From the human T2T-CHM13v2.0 reference genome, Homo sapiens: a DNA stretch of 64,000 bases. Under the pieces are notes generated by a model. The model worked only from the letters and a program-made list of their open reading frames with translations, did not search any database and was not told the origin of the DNA. Shown one piece after another: positions 27,251 to 42,912 of this stretch; the stretch's first letter is position 1, and every line of letters begins with the position of its first letter. The stretch lies in assembly GCF_009914755.1 (NCBI RefSeq), contig NC_060926.1; one strand, 5' to 3'. The translations under genes and the position numbers were made by a program.

Positions 27251-29029
27251 TTCATAGATAACAGAGATCACATCCAGTAGCAGACAATTAGCATTAGTTA
27301 CTCAGATGACTACACTTATCTCTTAACCTCTTACCACTGAAGTAATTTTCTGAAGATCCTAGCCTATGGTAGTTTGTACATGTGTTATGGCTGGCTGCCC
27401 TTTATTAGTACCTTTGTTTAGCTTGGAATATTTTCATTAGTTTACATTTTCCTGGTTTATTCCTATGAGAGAACATTTTCCTGGAAGAAGGTAAAGAATA
27501 TGGCTCCATTTAATTAGGGTCAAGGCTGTGCAAGGGAATCATCTCCACAAAAGCAGATATTTGAATGAAGTAGTCCTTTGAAGCTGGTTGAGGAAATGAA
27601 CTTTAAACTAAATTTGAAGGAACTTTAGTTGAGAACTACCAGGGCAAAGAAGCCCAGACCATTTGAGGCTCTCTGAATAAAATGTGGCCTTGGTCAGCAA
27701 GGGTAAGAATACAATTTTAATTTTATTCATCACGAGTGATCTAAGAAAATGGAAAGGATATCTGTTAAATTTGAAAGTTGCATGCAAATTGTAACACATA
27801 AGTGACAGGACCTCAAAAAAGTAAGGAAAGAAGTTCCAAGAGCAGAGAACTTATTTCTGCAGAATCCTGCCCACAGAAGACAAAGGCTTGCATTCCACTT
27901 GGGTTTCACCTTAAAGAAGTTTGCCTCAGTTGACTATTTGTGTCCTGTGTCAATCAGGAATGTTATAAAGTCAAACCAAGCATTGCACAATGGCTTGCTG
28001 AGAAAAGAAGGCATAGTGCATTACAGAATCCATTTCTGTAAGTTATGATTTGAACAGAAGTCCTTAAGTTCTTGAGCACAAGGATTTCAAATAGAGGAAA
28101 CTATAATAGCTTGCACGATTTTTTCTATTCATCCAGAAAATTTGCACTCTGGCAGAATACAAAACTATGAATAAGCTTTAGGAATATGCTATTGTTCTCT
28201 TACAGTTCTTACTTAAATAGTCATTTAAAATAATTGCTATTTTTCTATCATTATAAAAAAGTAAGAAAGCTTGTTTTATAAATTTAAAAATAAATTTGTT
28301 TATTAAATAAGTTAAGCCTCTTCAAGATTGGGTGGAACATACTATTAATTCAGATCTTTGTTTAAAATAGCATGAACACACAAGCTTGCACATTTTGAGT
28401 CTTAAAAGCATTGCTTCCTGTTGCTTTGGCAAAAAAATACCTATTAATTAATGTTTTTATTTGTACCTGGGCTAATACCTAGGCTTTATTCTGAAGAGTT
28501 TTATTTTTTATTCCTTTATGGCTCTATGCTCCAATAGTACTTTGATGAATTATAAATACAAAGATATGCTTTGTAATTGGTTATAAAATGTCATCTTTTA
28601 TTTAAGATTTTCTCTCTCGCAAAACATGGTGCTTTATTTTGCATCTTTTTCATGCAGCACAAAGACAAATTCCATGATCCTTATTGAATTACACATATTT
28701 AATTACTGATAAGATCGGCTTGCCAATCATTTATTACCATGCATCCCACTCAGTGTAATATTCCCAACTGTAACCTAAAAAAAAAAAAAAAAAAAAAAGA
28801 GGAGATATAATAGTAAAACAAATCAACTTACTTGATGTGGGCAAATGAGAATGGAATAAGCAAGGTAGAATGATGGAATGCTCCACCATGGCAAGAACAC
28901 TTTGAGGCACAAACAAAAGCAACCCTGCATTGCATTTAATTACTACACAATAACTGATTTACTAAACTTAGTATGTGGTTGTAATTCACAACTCTTGTTG
29001 CACATTTCACTCACCAGAGGGAGCTTTTA

Positions 29030-30415
29030 ACCACTATCACCCTAATGCCAAAACCAGGAAAGGACATAACGAAAAAAACTACAGACCAGTATCTCTGATT
29101 AACATAGATGCAAAAATCCCCAACAAAATACTAGCTAACTGAATCCAACAGCATATCAAAAAGATAATTCACCATGATCAAGTGGGTTTCATACCAGGGA
29201 TGTAGGTATGGTTTGACATCCACAAGTCAATAAATGTGATACATCACATAAAGAGGATTAAAAATGAAAATTACATGATCACCTCAAAAGATGCAGAAAA
29301 AGCATTTGACAAAATCCAGCATCGCTTTATGATTAAAATCCTCAGCAAAATTGACATAGAAGGGACATAGCTTAATGTAATAAAACCCATCTATGACAAA
29401 TCCACAGCCAACATTATGCTGAATGGGGAAAAGTTAGAAGCATTCCCACTGAGAACTGGAACAAGACAAGGATACATACTTTCACCACTTCTATTCAACA
29501 TAGTACCAGAAGTCCTACTCAGAGCGATCAGACAAGAGAAAGAAATAAAGGGCATCCAAATCGGTAAGGAGGAAGTCAAACTGTCACTGTTTGCTGATGA
29601 TATGACCATATACCTAGAAGACCCTCAAGACTCCTCCAAACTCCTCCAAAAAGTTCCTAGAACTGATAAATGAATTCAGCAACGTTTCAGGATACAAAAT
29701 CCATCTACACAAATCAGTAGCACTGCTATACACCAACAGCGATTAAGTTGATAAGAACACAACCCTTTTTACAAGAGCTGCAAAGATAAAAAATAAAATG
29801 CTTAGAAATATACCTAGCCAAGGAGATGAAAGACCTCTACAAGGAAAACTGTGAAACACTGCTGAAAGAAATCATAGATGACACAGACAAATAGAAACAC
29901 ATTCCATGTTCATGGATGGGTAGAATCAATATTGTAAAAATGACCATACTGTAAAAGCAATCTACAAATTCCATGCAATACCCATTAAAATACCACCATC
30001 ATTCTTCACAGAACTAGAAAAAAACAATCCTAAAATTCATATGGAATCAAACAAGAGCCTGCATAATGAAAGCAAGACTATGCAAAAAGAACAATTTGGA
30101 GGCATCACGTTACCTAAAACTAAAAACTATACTATAAGGCCATAGTCACCAAAACAGCATGGTACTGGTATAAAAATAGGCACATAGACCAATGGAACAG
30201 AATAGGGAACCAAGGAATAAAGCCAAATACTTACAGTCAACTGATCTTTGACAAAGCAAACAAAAACATAAAGTGGGGAAAGGACACCCTATTCAACAAA
30301 TGGTGCTGAGATAATTGGCAAGCAACATGTAGGAGAATGAAGCTGGATCCTCACCTCTCAACCTATACAAAAATCAACTCAAGATGGAAAAAAGACATAA
30401 ATTTAATACCTGAAA

Positions 30416-30459
<44 letters not shown>

Positions 30460-30842
30460 CCCATGGAATACTACTCAGCCATAAAAAGGAATGAAATAAT
30501 GTCATTTGCAGCAACCTGGATGTAATCAGAGACCATTATTCTAAGTGAAATAACTCAAGTATGGAAAACCAAACATCATATCTTCTCTCTCATAAGTGGA
30601 AACTAAGCTATGAGAACCCAGAGGCATAAGAATGATACAATGGACTTTGGGGACTCAGGGGAAAGGATAGGAGGTGGGTGAGGAATAAGACTATACATTG
30701 GGTACAGTGTACAGTGCTCGGGTGATGGGTGCACCAAAATTTCAGAAAGCACCACTAAAGAACTTTTCATCTAACCAAACACCACCTACTCCCCAAAACC
30801 GATTGAAATAAAAAATTTAAAAAAGGAGAAAAAAAATAAAAA
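29030..30842 (+). mobile_element. 5'-truncated L1PB (PB1/PB2-like) with internal deletion
   Basis: ORF2 RT remnant (LFADDM in the 29416-29673 ORF). L1PB 3'UTR gaatgatacaatggactttggggactcagggg...caccactaaagaactt. Deletion at the (TA)n(CA)n, 30418-30459. Confidence 0.9.
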
Positions 30843-30869
30843 GCGACTACTAATAGTTGAACCCCTTCC

Positions 30870-31150
30870 AAAGGAAAACCACATATGTTGGAGGAGAGCT
30901 CAAGCATTGATATTTTTAAAGAAGTTCCTCAGCTAATTTTAAGTTGCCACCAAGAAGGTCTAAGAATCACTGGTCTAGGGCAATGGCCCTCAAAATGTGG
31001 TTTCTGAACCAGAAGCATGGCATCACCTGAGAAGTTATTAGAAATACAAATTCTCAGCTCCACCTCACACCTGCTGAATCAGAAACTTTGGAGAGAAGGC
31101 TCACCAATCTGTGTTTTAAAGACTTCGAGAGATTGTATTTTATGCTAATG
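30870..31150. mobile_element. Two adjacent MER5A-type fragments
   Basis: gcattgatatttttaaagaagttcc...aagaatcactg; then gcatggcatcacctgagaagttattagaaatacaaattctcag...ctgaatcagaaact. Confidence 0.7.
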
Positions 31151-31915
31151 TAATCAAAGACTTATTTCTTCATCTGGTTTATTGCATCAAATTATTTTTC
31201 TGGCTATGCTAGTTTCCTCAAGAGTTGCTAAGGAGAGACTGAACTGGATATTTTTCATTGTAGAAAGGAACCTGAGAATGACTTCCTGAATACCATCAAA
31301 CATATGAGAAGCCTTTCTAGCTCTTATGTAGTCTATAAATCACTAGAGTTTTAGAAAACCCATAGCAACATATCCATGTTGCATGTGACTTCAGGAACAA
31401 ATGAGAGATATATTCAAGAACCAGAGAGATAAAAACCCAAAATACCATCTTTATTACTAATAAATTGGCCTTATAACTGAGGCAGGTGAGCATTTCCTGT
31501 GAATTAGCAGATTTACTCTACCCCTCCAATTATTGATATAGCTAGATGAGGATAGGCCTTGCCCTAAAGGGACAGGCTCCTAACAGCAACAGGCAAGATC
31601 ATAAGCCTGTGTAAACTTTGGCAGGAAATTACAATTAAAAGGAGAAAGAAGAAGTAGCTGACACTAACATGTCCAGTTCCTTCTTCTAAAGTCATAAAGG
31701 AGGTAAATTCTTTCTTGTAAGAAGGTAAATTCTTCTTCTAGTAGAAGTTCCTACAGAAATATGAGGAATGAGGCACAAGAGTTTTCCCTTAAAATGGACA
31801 ATAATCAAAGTGATATCACAAATCTTGAATCTCATTCATTCAACTCAAATTGATTGGGCACTTACTCTTTCAGGAATTATGTGAATATGGTATGGGTATA
31901 AGAATGGGAAGTTAA

Positions 31916-32823
31916 GAGGGGGAGGAGCCAAGATGGCCGAATAGGAACAGCTCCAGTCTACAGCTCCCAGCCTGAGTGACGCAGAAGACGGTGATTTCTG
32001 CATTTCCATCTGAGGTAACGGGTTCATCTCACTAGGGAGTGCCAGACAGTGGGCGCAGGTCAGTGGTTGCGCGCACCGTGCGCCAGCCAAAGCAGGGCGA
32101 GGCATTGCCTCACTTGGGAAGCGCAAGGGGTCAGGGAGTTCCCTTTCCGAGTCAAAGAAAGGGGTGACGGACGGCACCTGGAAAATCGGGTCACTCCCAC
32201 CCGAATACTGCGCTTTTCCGACGGGCTTAAAAAACGGCGCACCACGAGATTATATCCTGCACCTGGCTTGGAGGGTCCTACGCTCACGGAATCTCGCTGA
32301 TTGCTAGCACAGCAGTCTGAGATCAAACTGCAAGGCAGCAGGGAGGCTGAGGGAGGGGCGCCTGCCATTGCCCAGGCTTGATTAGGTAAACAAAGCAGCC
32401 AGGAAGCTCCAACTGGGCGGAGCCCACCACAGCTCAAGGAGGCCTGCCTGCCTCTGTAGGCTCCACCTCTGGGGGCAGGGCACAGACAAACAAAAAGAGA
32501 GCAGTAACCTCTGCAGACTTAAATGTCTCTGTCTGACAGCTTTGAAGAGAGCAGTGGTTCTCCCAGCACGCAGCTGGAGATCTGAGAATGGGCAGACTGC
32601 CTACTCAAGTGAGTCCCTGACCCCTGACCCCCGAGCAGCCTAACTGGGAGGCACCCCCCAGCAGGGGCACACTGACACCTCACATGGCAGGGTATTCCAA
32701 CAGACCTGCAGCTGAGGGTCCTGTCTGTTAGAAGGAAAACTAACAAACAGAAAGGACATCCACACCAAAAACCCATCTGTACATCACCATCATCAAAGAC
32801 CAAAAGTAGATAAAACCACAAAG
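31916..32823. promoter_or_regulatory. L1 5'UTR: sense and antisense Pol II promoters
   Basis: YY1 motif aagatggcc intact at 31930-31938. CpG-rich. Short form (gggtattccaacagacc at ~32690) lacking the 129-bp ZNF93-binding segment. Confidence 0.8.
32060..32368 (-). CDS. L1 antisense ORF0, 102 aa (longer C-terminus than the 71-aa L1HS form)
   Basis: MAGAPPSASLLPCSLISDCCASNQRDSV...RVGVTRFSRC matches ORF0. ATG at 32368-32366; open to 32060. Expression unknown. Confidence 0.6.
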   Translation of the reverse strand: MAGAPPSASLLPCSLISDCCASNQRDSVSVGPSKPGAGYNLVVRRFLSPSEKRSIRVGVTRFSRCRPSPLSLTRKGNSLTPCASQVRQCLALLWLAHGARNH

Positions 32824-33840
32824 ATGGGGAAAAAACAGAGCAGAAAAACTGGAAACTCTAAAAACCAGAGCACCTCTCCTCGTCCAAAGGAACGCAGTTC
32901 CTCACCAGCAACGGAACAAAGCTGGATGGAGAATGACTTTGAGGAACTGAGAGAAGAAGGCTTCAGACGATCAAATTACTCTGAGCTACGGGAGGACATT
33001 CAAACCAAAGGCAAAGAAGTTGAAAACTTTGAAAAAAATTTAGAAGAATGTATAACTAGAATAACCAATACAGAGAAGTGCTTAAAGGAGCTGATGGAGC
33101 TGAAAACCAAGGCTCGAGAACTACGTGAAGAATGCAGAAGCCTCAGGAGCCGATGCAATCAACTGGAAGAAAGGGTATCAGTGATGGAAGATGAAATGAA
33201 TGAAATGAAGCGAGAAGGGAAGTTTAGAGAAAAAAGAATAAAAAGAAATGAGCAAAGCCTCCAAGAAATATGGGACTATGTGAAAAGACCAAATCTACGT
33301 CTGATTGGTGTACCTGAAAGTGATGGGGAGAATGCAACCAAGTTGGAAAACACTCTGCAGGATATTATCCAGGAGAACTTCCCCAATCTAGCAAGGCAGG
33401 CCAACGTTCAGATTCAGGAAATACAGAGAACGCCACAAAGATACTCCTCGAGAAGAGCAACTCCAAGACACATAATTGTCAGATTCACCAAAGTTGAAAT
33501 GAAGGAAAAAATGTTAAGGGCAGCCAGAGAGAAAGGTCGGGTTACCCTCAAAGGGAAGCCCATCAGACTAACAGCGGATCTCTCGGCAGAAACCCTACAA
33601 GCCAGAAGAGAGTGGGGGCCAATATTCAACATTCTTAAAGACAAGAATTTTCAACCCAGAATTTCATATCCAGCCAAACTAAGCTTCATAAGCGAAGGAG
33701 AAATAAAATACTTTACAGACAAGCAAATGCTGAGAGATTTTGTCACCACCAGGCCTGCCCTAAAAGAGCTCCTGAAGGAAGCGCTAAACATGGAAAGGAA
33801 CAACCGGTACCAGCCGCTGCAAAATCATGCCAAAATGTAA
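32824..33840 (+). CDS. LINE-1 ORF1p (RNA-binding chaperone), intact, 338 aa
   Basis: Full-length MGKKQ...NHAKM with coiled coil and REKG, ARR and YPAKLS motifs. Confidence 0.93.
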   Translation: MGKKQSRKTGNSKNQSTSPRPKERSSSPATEQSWMENDFEELREEGFRRSNYSELREDIQTKGKEVENFEKNLEECITRITNTEKCLKELMELKTKARELREECRSLRSRCNQLEERVSVMEDEMNEMKREGKFREKRIKRNEQSLQEIWDYVKRPNLRLIGVPESDGENATKLENTLQDIIQENFPNLARQANVQIQEIQRTPQRYSSRRATPRHIIVRFTKVEMKEKMLRAAREKGRVTLKGKPIRLTADLSAETLQARREWGPIFNILKDKNFQPRISYPAKLSFISEGEIKYFTDKQMLRDFVTTRPALKELLKEALNMERNNRYQPLQNHAKM

Positions 33841-33888
33841 AGACCATCAAGACTAGGAAGAAACTGCATCAACTAACGAGCAAAATAA

Positions 33889-37723
<3,835 letters not shown>

Positions 37724-39464
37724 ACAATGAGATCACATGGACACAGGAAGGGGAATATCACACTCTGGGGACTGTTGTGGGGTGGGGGCAGGGGGGAGGG
37801 ATAGCATTGGGAGATAAACCTAATGCTAGATGACGAGTTAGTGGGTGCAGTGCACCAGCATGGCACATGTATACATATGTAACTAACCTGCACAATGTGC
37901 ACATGTACCCTAAAACTTAAAGTATAATAAAAAAAAAAAAAAAGGGAAGTTAAAATGGTGGTAGCTATGGATACATTTGAGAATTGTATTTATCCATGGC
38001 CAAGATTTGTACTTTAAGTGCAACTGAAATTTTTATTTTGATTTATATTCAAAAGTTTTACTTAGTGTTTGAGAAGTTAATGCGACATGATTATATAAGC
38101 AACACAGATATTCCAAAAATGTTTTGTGCATCAAAAGATAATTAAAATATTCCATTGATAAAGAATTAATCCATATTGTGTCTGGACAGTCTACCTGAGG
38201 TCACTTTTTTACCTTATCTCTCAAGAGCATAGCTCCAAATAATTCCCAATAGAAAGTCCAAGGCAGGATCCTTTTGAAGGACGACACATAAGTAAAGGAA
38301 ATTATTGTCGGAAGTGTGAGTGAGGTAAACAAGAGCAAGACCACATGTGCAAATCCAAACAACAAATTTCAATATCTTTCCAAAAGCCAAAAATATTCAT
38401 ACGGATGAAAATAAATGTTAATTCAAAAATAAACTTTGCAAGTTGACAATAAATCACTTGCTATTTATAGTAAAGACAGGAGTTTTTAAAGCTAAAGAGA
38501 AAATTGCTCTTCCAGCACTAAAAGATGCTTATCAGAATGTGACAGGACAGGGGTTACACATTCAAATGTAACAAGATTAGGCTTTGAATTCCCAAAGTAG
38601 AAAGAATGTGTTCGGCAGAAATGGTTTTTACGTTGCCTGTTGGGCTGCTTTTGAATCAATTCTGTTTATCTGTGGCATCAGCTGTGGTTCTGTGACTGGA
38701 GATTTTTAGTTAGAGAAAAAATCAGAAATACTGAATTCTAGAGTTTTCTTGGTGGTAAAATGCAATGCAAAATAGTCTTTATTATACACAGGTTTGACCT
38801 AACTTTAATTAACTTCAATATAATTATAGGATGTGACTTTTATACTTGATTTTAAGGTTTGTGCTAAGTGAGAAAAACTCTATAAATATACTAATTGATA
38901 CTTAAATCATTTATTATAGAAAAAATATCCATTCTACATTCACATCACAATATTTAATACTTAGTTTTTGTTTAGTAAAAGAAACTTAAGAGAGATTCTA
39001 AAATCTGAGTGCCCTTTTGTTTATATTTTCCTGACAAGATTCGATGTGTGAGAAAAATAAAATTTCAGTGACATATTAATACTGCATGTTATCAAGCAAA
39101 ACATGTAAATGTATAAACTGAATATGAACCTTCATGCTAAGGTCATAGTTCTTTCTTAGATAATTTTGTCAAGTTTCCCAAACTTTCTATTTCCCCTTGA
39201 AATAATCTCTTTTGTAAAATAATAGCACCAAAAATGGTCACTGTTTTTTCTTAAAATTATATATCATCTCTACAGAAACTCCATTTTATTAAAGTTTGAT
39301 ATATGGAGTACTTCAGTATACCTATGTATGTTTATGTGTGTGTGTTTTAAGTGTGGTAGGATATAATATACATTATCACACAACATTTGCTATTCTCTGT
39401 AATAAATATTATTTTATGAAATGATGATACAATGGAAATAGTGTAAAACTGCAAGATTATAAAA

Positions 39465-40550
39465 TAAGTCCTTCTGTGTCTGGCTTCTTATACTTGGTAC
39501 AGTGTTTTCAAAATTCAGCCATGTTGTAGCATCTATCAGACCTTTACTTTTTTTTTTTTTTTTTTTTTTTTGAGACGGAGTCTCGCTGTCGCCCAGGCTG
39601 GAGTGCAGTGGCGCAATCTCGGCTCACTGCAGGCTCCGCCCCCTGGGGTTCACGCCATTCTCCTGCCTCAGCCTCCCGAGTAGCTGGGACTACAGGCGCC
39701 CGCCACCTCGCCCGGCTAATTTTTTGTATTTTTAGTAGAGACGGGGTTTCACCGTGTTAGCCAGGATGGTCTCGATCTCCTGACCTCGTGATCCGCCCGC
39801 CTCGGCCTCCCAAAGTGCTGGGATTACAGGCGTGAGCCACCGCGCCCGGCCCAGACCTTTACTTTTTATGGCTAAATTCATTGTATGTATGTACTACATT
39901 TGGATTATCCATCTATCTATTGATGGACACTTGAGTTGTTTCTATCTTTTGGTTATTGCAAATAATTCTGCAATCAACTTTTGCATACACGTATCTGTTT
40001 GAGTTCCCCTTTTAATTCTTCTGGTATATTCTGAGGAGTAGAATTGCTGGGTTGTATGGTAATTCCATGTTTTGCCTTTTAAGGAGCTGCCAAACTGTTT
40101 TCTGCAGTTGCTATATCATTTTACATTTCCACCAGCAAAGTTCTAGGGATCCACTTTTTCCACATTCTCACCAACACTTGTTATTTTCCATTTTTGTTGA
40201 TGTAGCTATCCTAGTAGGTGTGAAGTGCTATCTCCTTATGTTTCCCAAATGACCAAAATCTTTTCATTTGCTTATTGGCCATTCATACATCTTTGTTGGA
40301 GAAATGTCTATTCAAGTATTTTGCCCATTTTTTCATTTGATTATTTGTCTTTTTGTTGTTGAGTTGTAGGAGTTCTTTATATATTTTGGATACTAAACCC
40401 TCATCGGATATATAATTTCAAAATATATTATTTTGTTCTATAGTTTGTCTTTTCATTCTTTGATAATGTCCTTTGATACACAAAAGTTATTAATATTGAT
40501 GAAGTCTACCTTAATTTTTCTTTAGTTGTTCATACTTTTGGTGTCAAATA
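39465..40550 (-). mobile_element. L1MB-type ORF2 3' segment (inverted arm of a twin-primed insertion)
   Basis: Antisense L1: gttgatgtagctatcctagtaggtgtgaagtg, ttggagaaatgtctattcaag. Interrupted by an Alu. Confidence 0.85.
39552..39851 (-). mobile_element. Young AluY (Ye5-like)
   Basis: Sense strand has GGGCGAGGTGG, GAACCCCAGGGGGCGGAGCCTGCAG and GCGACAGCGAGAC. CpGs nearly all intact; perfect TSD cagacctttactttt. Confidence 0.9.
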
Positions 40551-40552
40551 TC

Positions 40553-40758
40553 CCATATGGGAAAATTTATAGAAACATAAGGTAGATTAAAGGTTAACAG
40601 AAACTCCAGAGAGTGGAGAATGGGAAGTTAGTGCTTAATGTTTAGAGTTTCTGCTTGGGGTGATGAAAACGTTATGGAAATAGATGATGCTGATCATTGC
40701 ACAACATTGTGAATATAAATATTGTCGCTGAATTGTGAATTTAAAAATAGTAAAATGG
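40553..40758 (+). mobile_element. L1MB-type 3'UTR (resumes at 42533-42600)
   Basis: gagaatgggaagttagtgcttaatg...gagtttctgcttggggtgatgaaaacgtt...ttgcacaacattgtgaat. Confidence 0.85.
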
Positions 40759-42532
40759 AGGAGGAAGTGGAGTAAGATGGCTGATTAAATTGCTCCAGTG
40801 ATCATTGTCTCCCACGGAGGAACACCAAATTAAACGACTGTCCACACAAGAAAGCACCTTCATACGAACTAAAAATCAGGTGAGCAATCACAGTACCTGA
40901 TTTTAACAACATATCAAGGAAACAGACACTGAAAAGCAAAGGAAAGACAGTCTTGAATTGCTGAGACCACCCCTCCCCAAGCCCTGGCAGTAGCTACCTG
41001 GCAAAGACAGAATCTCTGTGCTTGATGGTGGGGGAGCACAGTGATTGGTGATTGTGGACTTTCCACTGGGACTCAAGTGCTGTCTGTCACAGCAGAAAGC
41101 AACACAGCAGAATTCAGCCAGCACCACAAAGGGAGCATTTAGACTAGCCCTAGCCAGAGGGGAGTCACCCATTCCAGCAGTTAGAATTTGAATTTTGGCT
41201 AGCCCCACCACCGTGAGCTAAAGTGCTCTAAGGAACTAAATAAACGTGAAAGGCAGTCTAGGCCACAAGGACTGCAATTCCTGGGCAAGTCCCAGTGCTG
41301 TGCTGGACTCAGAGCTAGTGGACTTGAGCACATGACCCAGTAGTAAGTCACTAGCTGGGGCAGCCAAGGGAGTGCTTGCATCATCCCTTCTGGAACCCCA
41401 GGTAGAACAGCACACAACTCTGGGAGAGACTCCTTCTTCCTGCTTGAGGACACTAGAGGGGAGAGTAAAGAGGACTTTGTTTTGCAATGCGGATACCAGC
41501 TCAGCCACTGTAAAATTTGATGCCAGGCAGAGTCCTAAGGCTGATTCCAGGCCCTAGACCTCAGATGACATTTCTAGACATACCCTGAGCCGGATAGGAA
41601 ACTACTGCCTTGAAGGAAAGGGTCTAGTTCTGGCAGGATTCATCATATGCTGACTAAAGAGCCTATGAGCTTTGAAAAATATCAGCAGTACCCAGAGAGT
41701 ACATGCCATGAGCCTCGGGTAGAACCCTGAGCCATGCTGGCTTCAGGTGTCACTCAGCACATTCCCAGTTCTGGTGGCCACAGGGAGAAACTCGTCTTGC
41801 TTAAGGCAAGGAGAGGGAAGAGTAAAGGGAACTTGGTCTTGCAGCTTGGTCACCAGATTGAGGTAGAGCACCAAGGAGGCTCCTAGGGCCTTTGATTTCA
41901 GGCCTTGGTTCCTGGAAAGCATTTCTGGACCTGCCCTGGGCCACAGGGGAGCCCACTGCTCTGAAGGGAGAGGCCTGGCAGTATTTACCACAAGCTGAGT
42001 GAAGAGACCACGGGCTTTGAGTAAACATTGGCAGTAGCCAGGCAGTACTCACCACAGACCTGCGTGGTGGTGGCACAAGAAGAGACTCCTTCTGCATTAG
42101 GAAAGGAAGGGAAGAGGGAAAAGGACTTTGTCTTGTAGCTTGAGTACCAGCTCAGCCCCAGTAGAATAGTGCACCAGATACATTCCTAAGGTTCCCAACT
42201 CCAGGCCCTGGCTCCCAGATTTTTGGTCCTGCCCTGCACCGAAGAAGAGCATACCATCCTAAAAGGAAGAACACAAGCCTGGCTGGTTTCACCACCTGCT
42301 GATTGAAGAGCGTTTGGGTGACTACAGTCAACAATAATTTACTGTACATTTTAAAATAACTTAAAGAGTATAATTAGAATGCTTGTAACACAAAGAAATT
42401 ATAAATGCTTGAAGTAATAGATACCCCTTATACCCTGATGTGATTATTATATATTGCATGCCTGTATCAAAATAGCTCATGTATCTCATAAATACATACA
42501 CCTACTATGTACCCACAAAAAATTGAAAATAA
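40759..42532 (+). mobile_element. L1MA-type element consisting of 5'UTR joined directly to its 3' tail
   Basis: 5' end gagtaagatggctga; three ~300-360-bp 5'UTR monomers; junction at ggg 42316-42318; L1MA 3' end. TSD aaaaatagtaaaatgg / aaaaatggttaaaatgg. Confidence 0.8.
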
Positions 42533-42628
42533 AAAAATGGTTAAAATGGTAAATTTTATGTCAAGTATATTTTATGACGTTAAAAACAGTTTAAAAATTG
42601 CCAAAAAAGTAGCACAATTTTTGGGGGG

Positions 42629-42912
42629 TTTTGTTTTGTTTTTGTTTTTGTTTTTGTTTTTTTGAGATGGAGTCTTGCTCTGTCACCAGGCTGTAGTGCA
42701 GTGGCACAATCTCGGCTCACTGCAACCTCCGCCTCCTGGGTTCAAGCGATTCCCCTGCCTCAGCCTCCTGAGTAGCTGGGATTACAGGCATGCGCCACCA
42801 CATCTGGCTAAATTTTTGTATTTTAGTAGAGACAGTGATTTACCATGTTGGCCAGGATGGTCTTGATCTCCTGGGCTCGTGATCTGCCTGCTTTGGCCTC
42901 TCAAAGTGCTAG
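42629..42912 (-). mobile_element. AluSc-like, 5'-truncated, (GTTTT)n tail
   Basis: ctgtcaccaggctg (Sc single-base deletion) and ggatggtcttgatctc. Confidence 0.85.

Noticed and set aside
40903-42349. Cluster of 60-100-aa ORFs on both strands
   Set aside because: They lie in the GC-richer L1M 5'UTR monomers, where stop codons are rarer.
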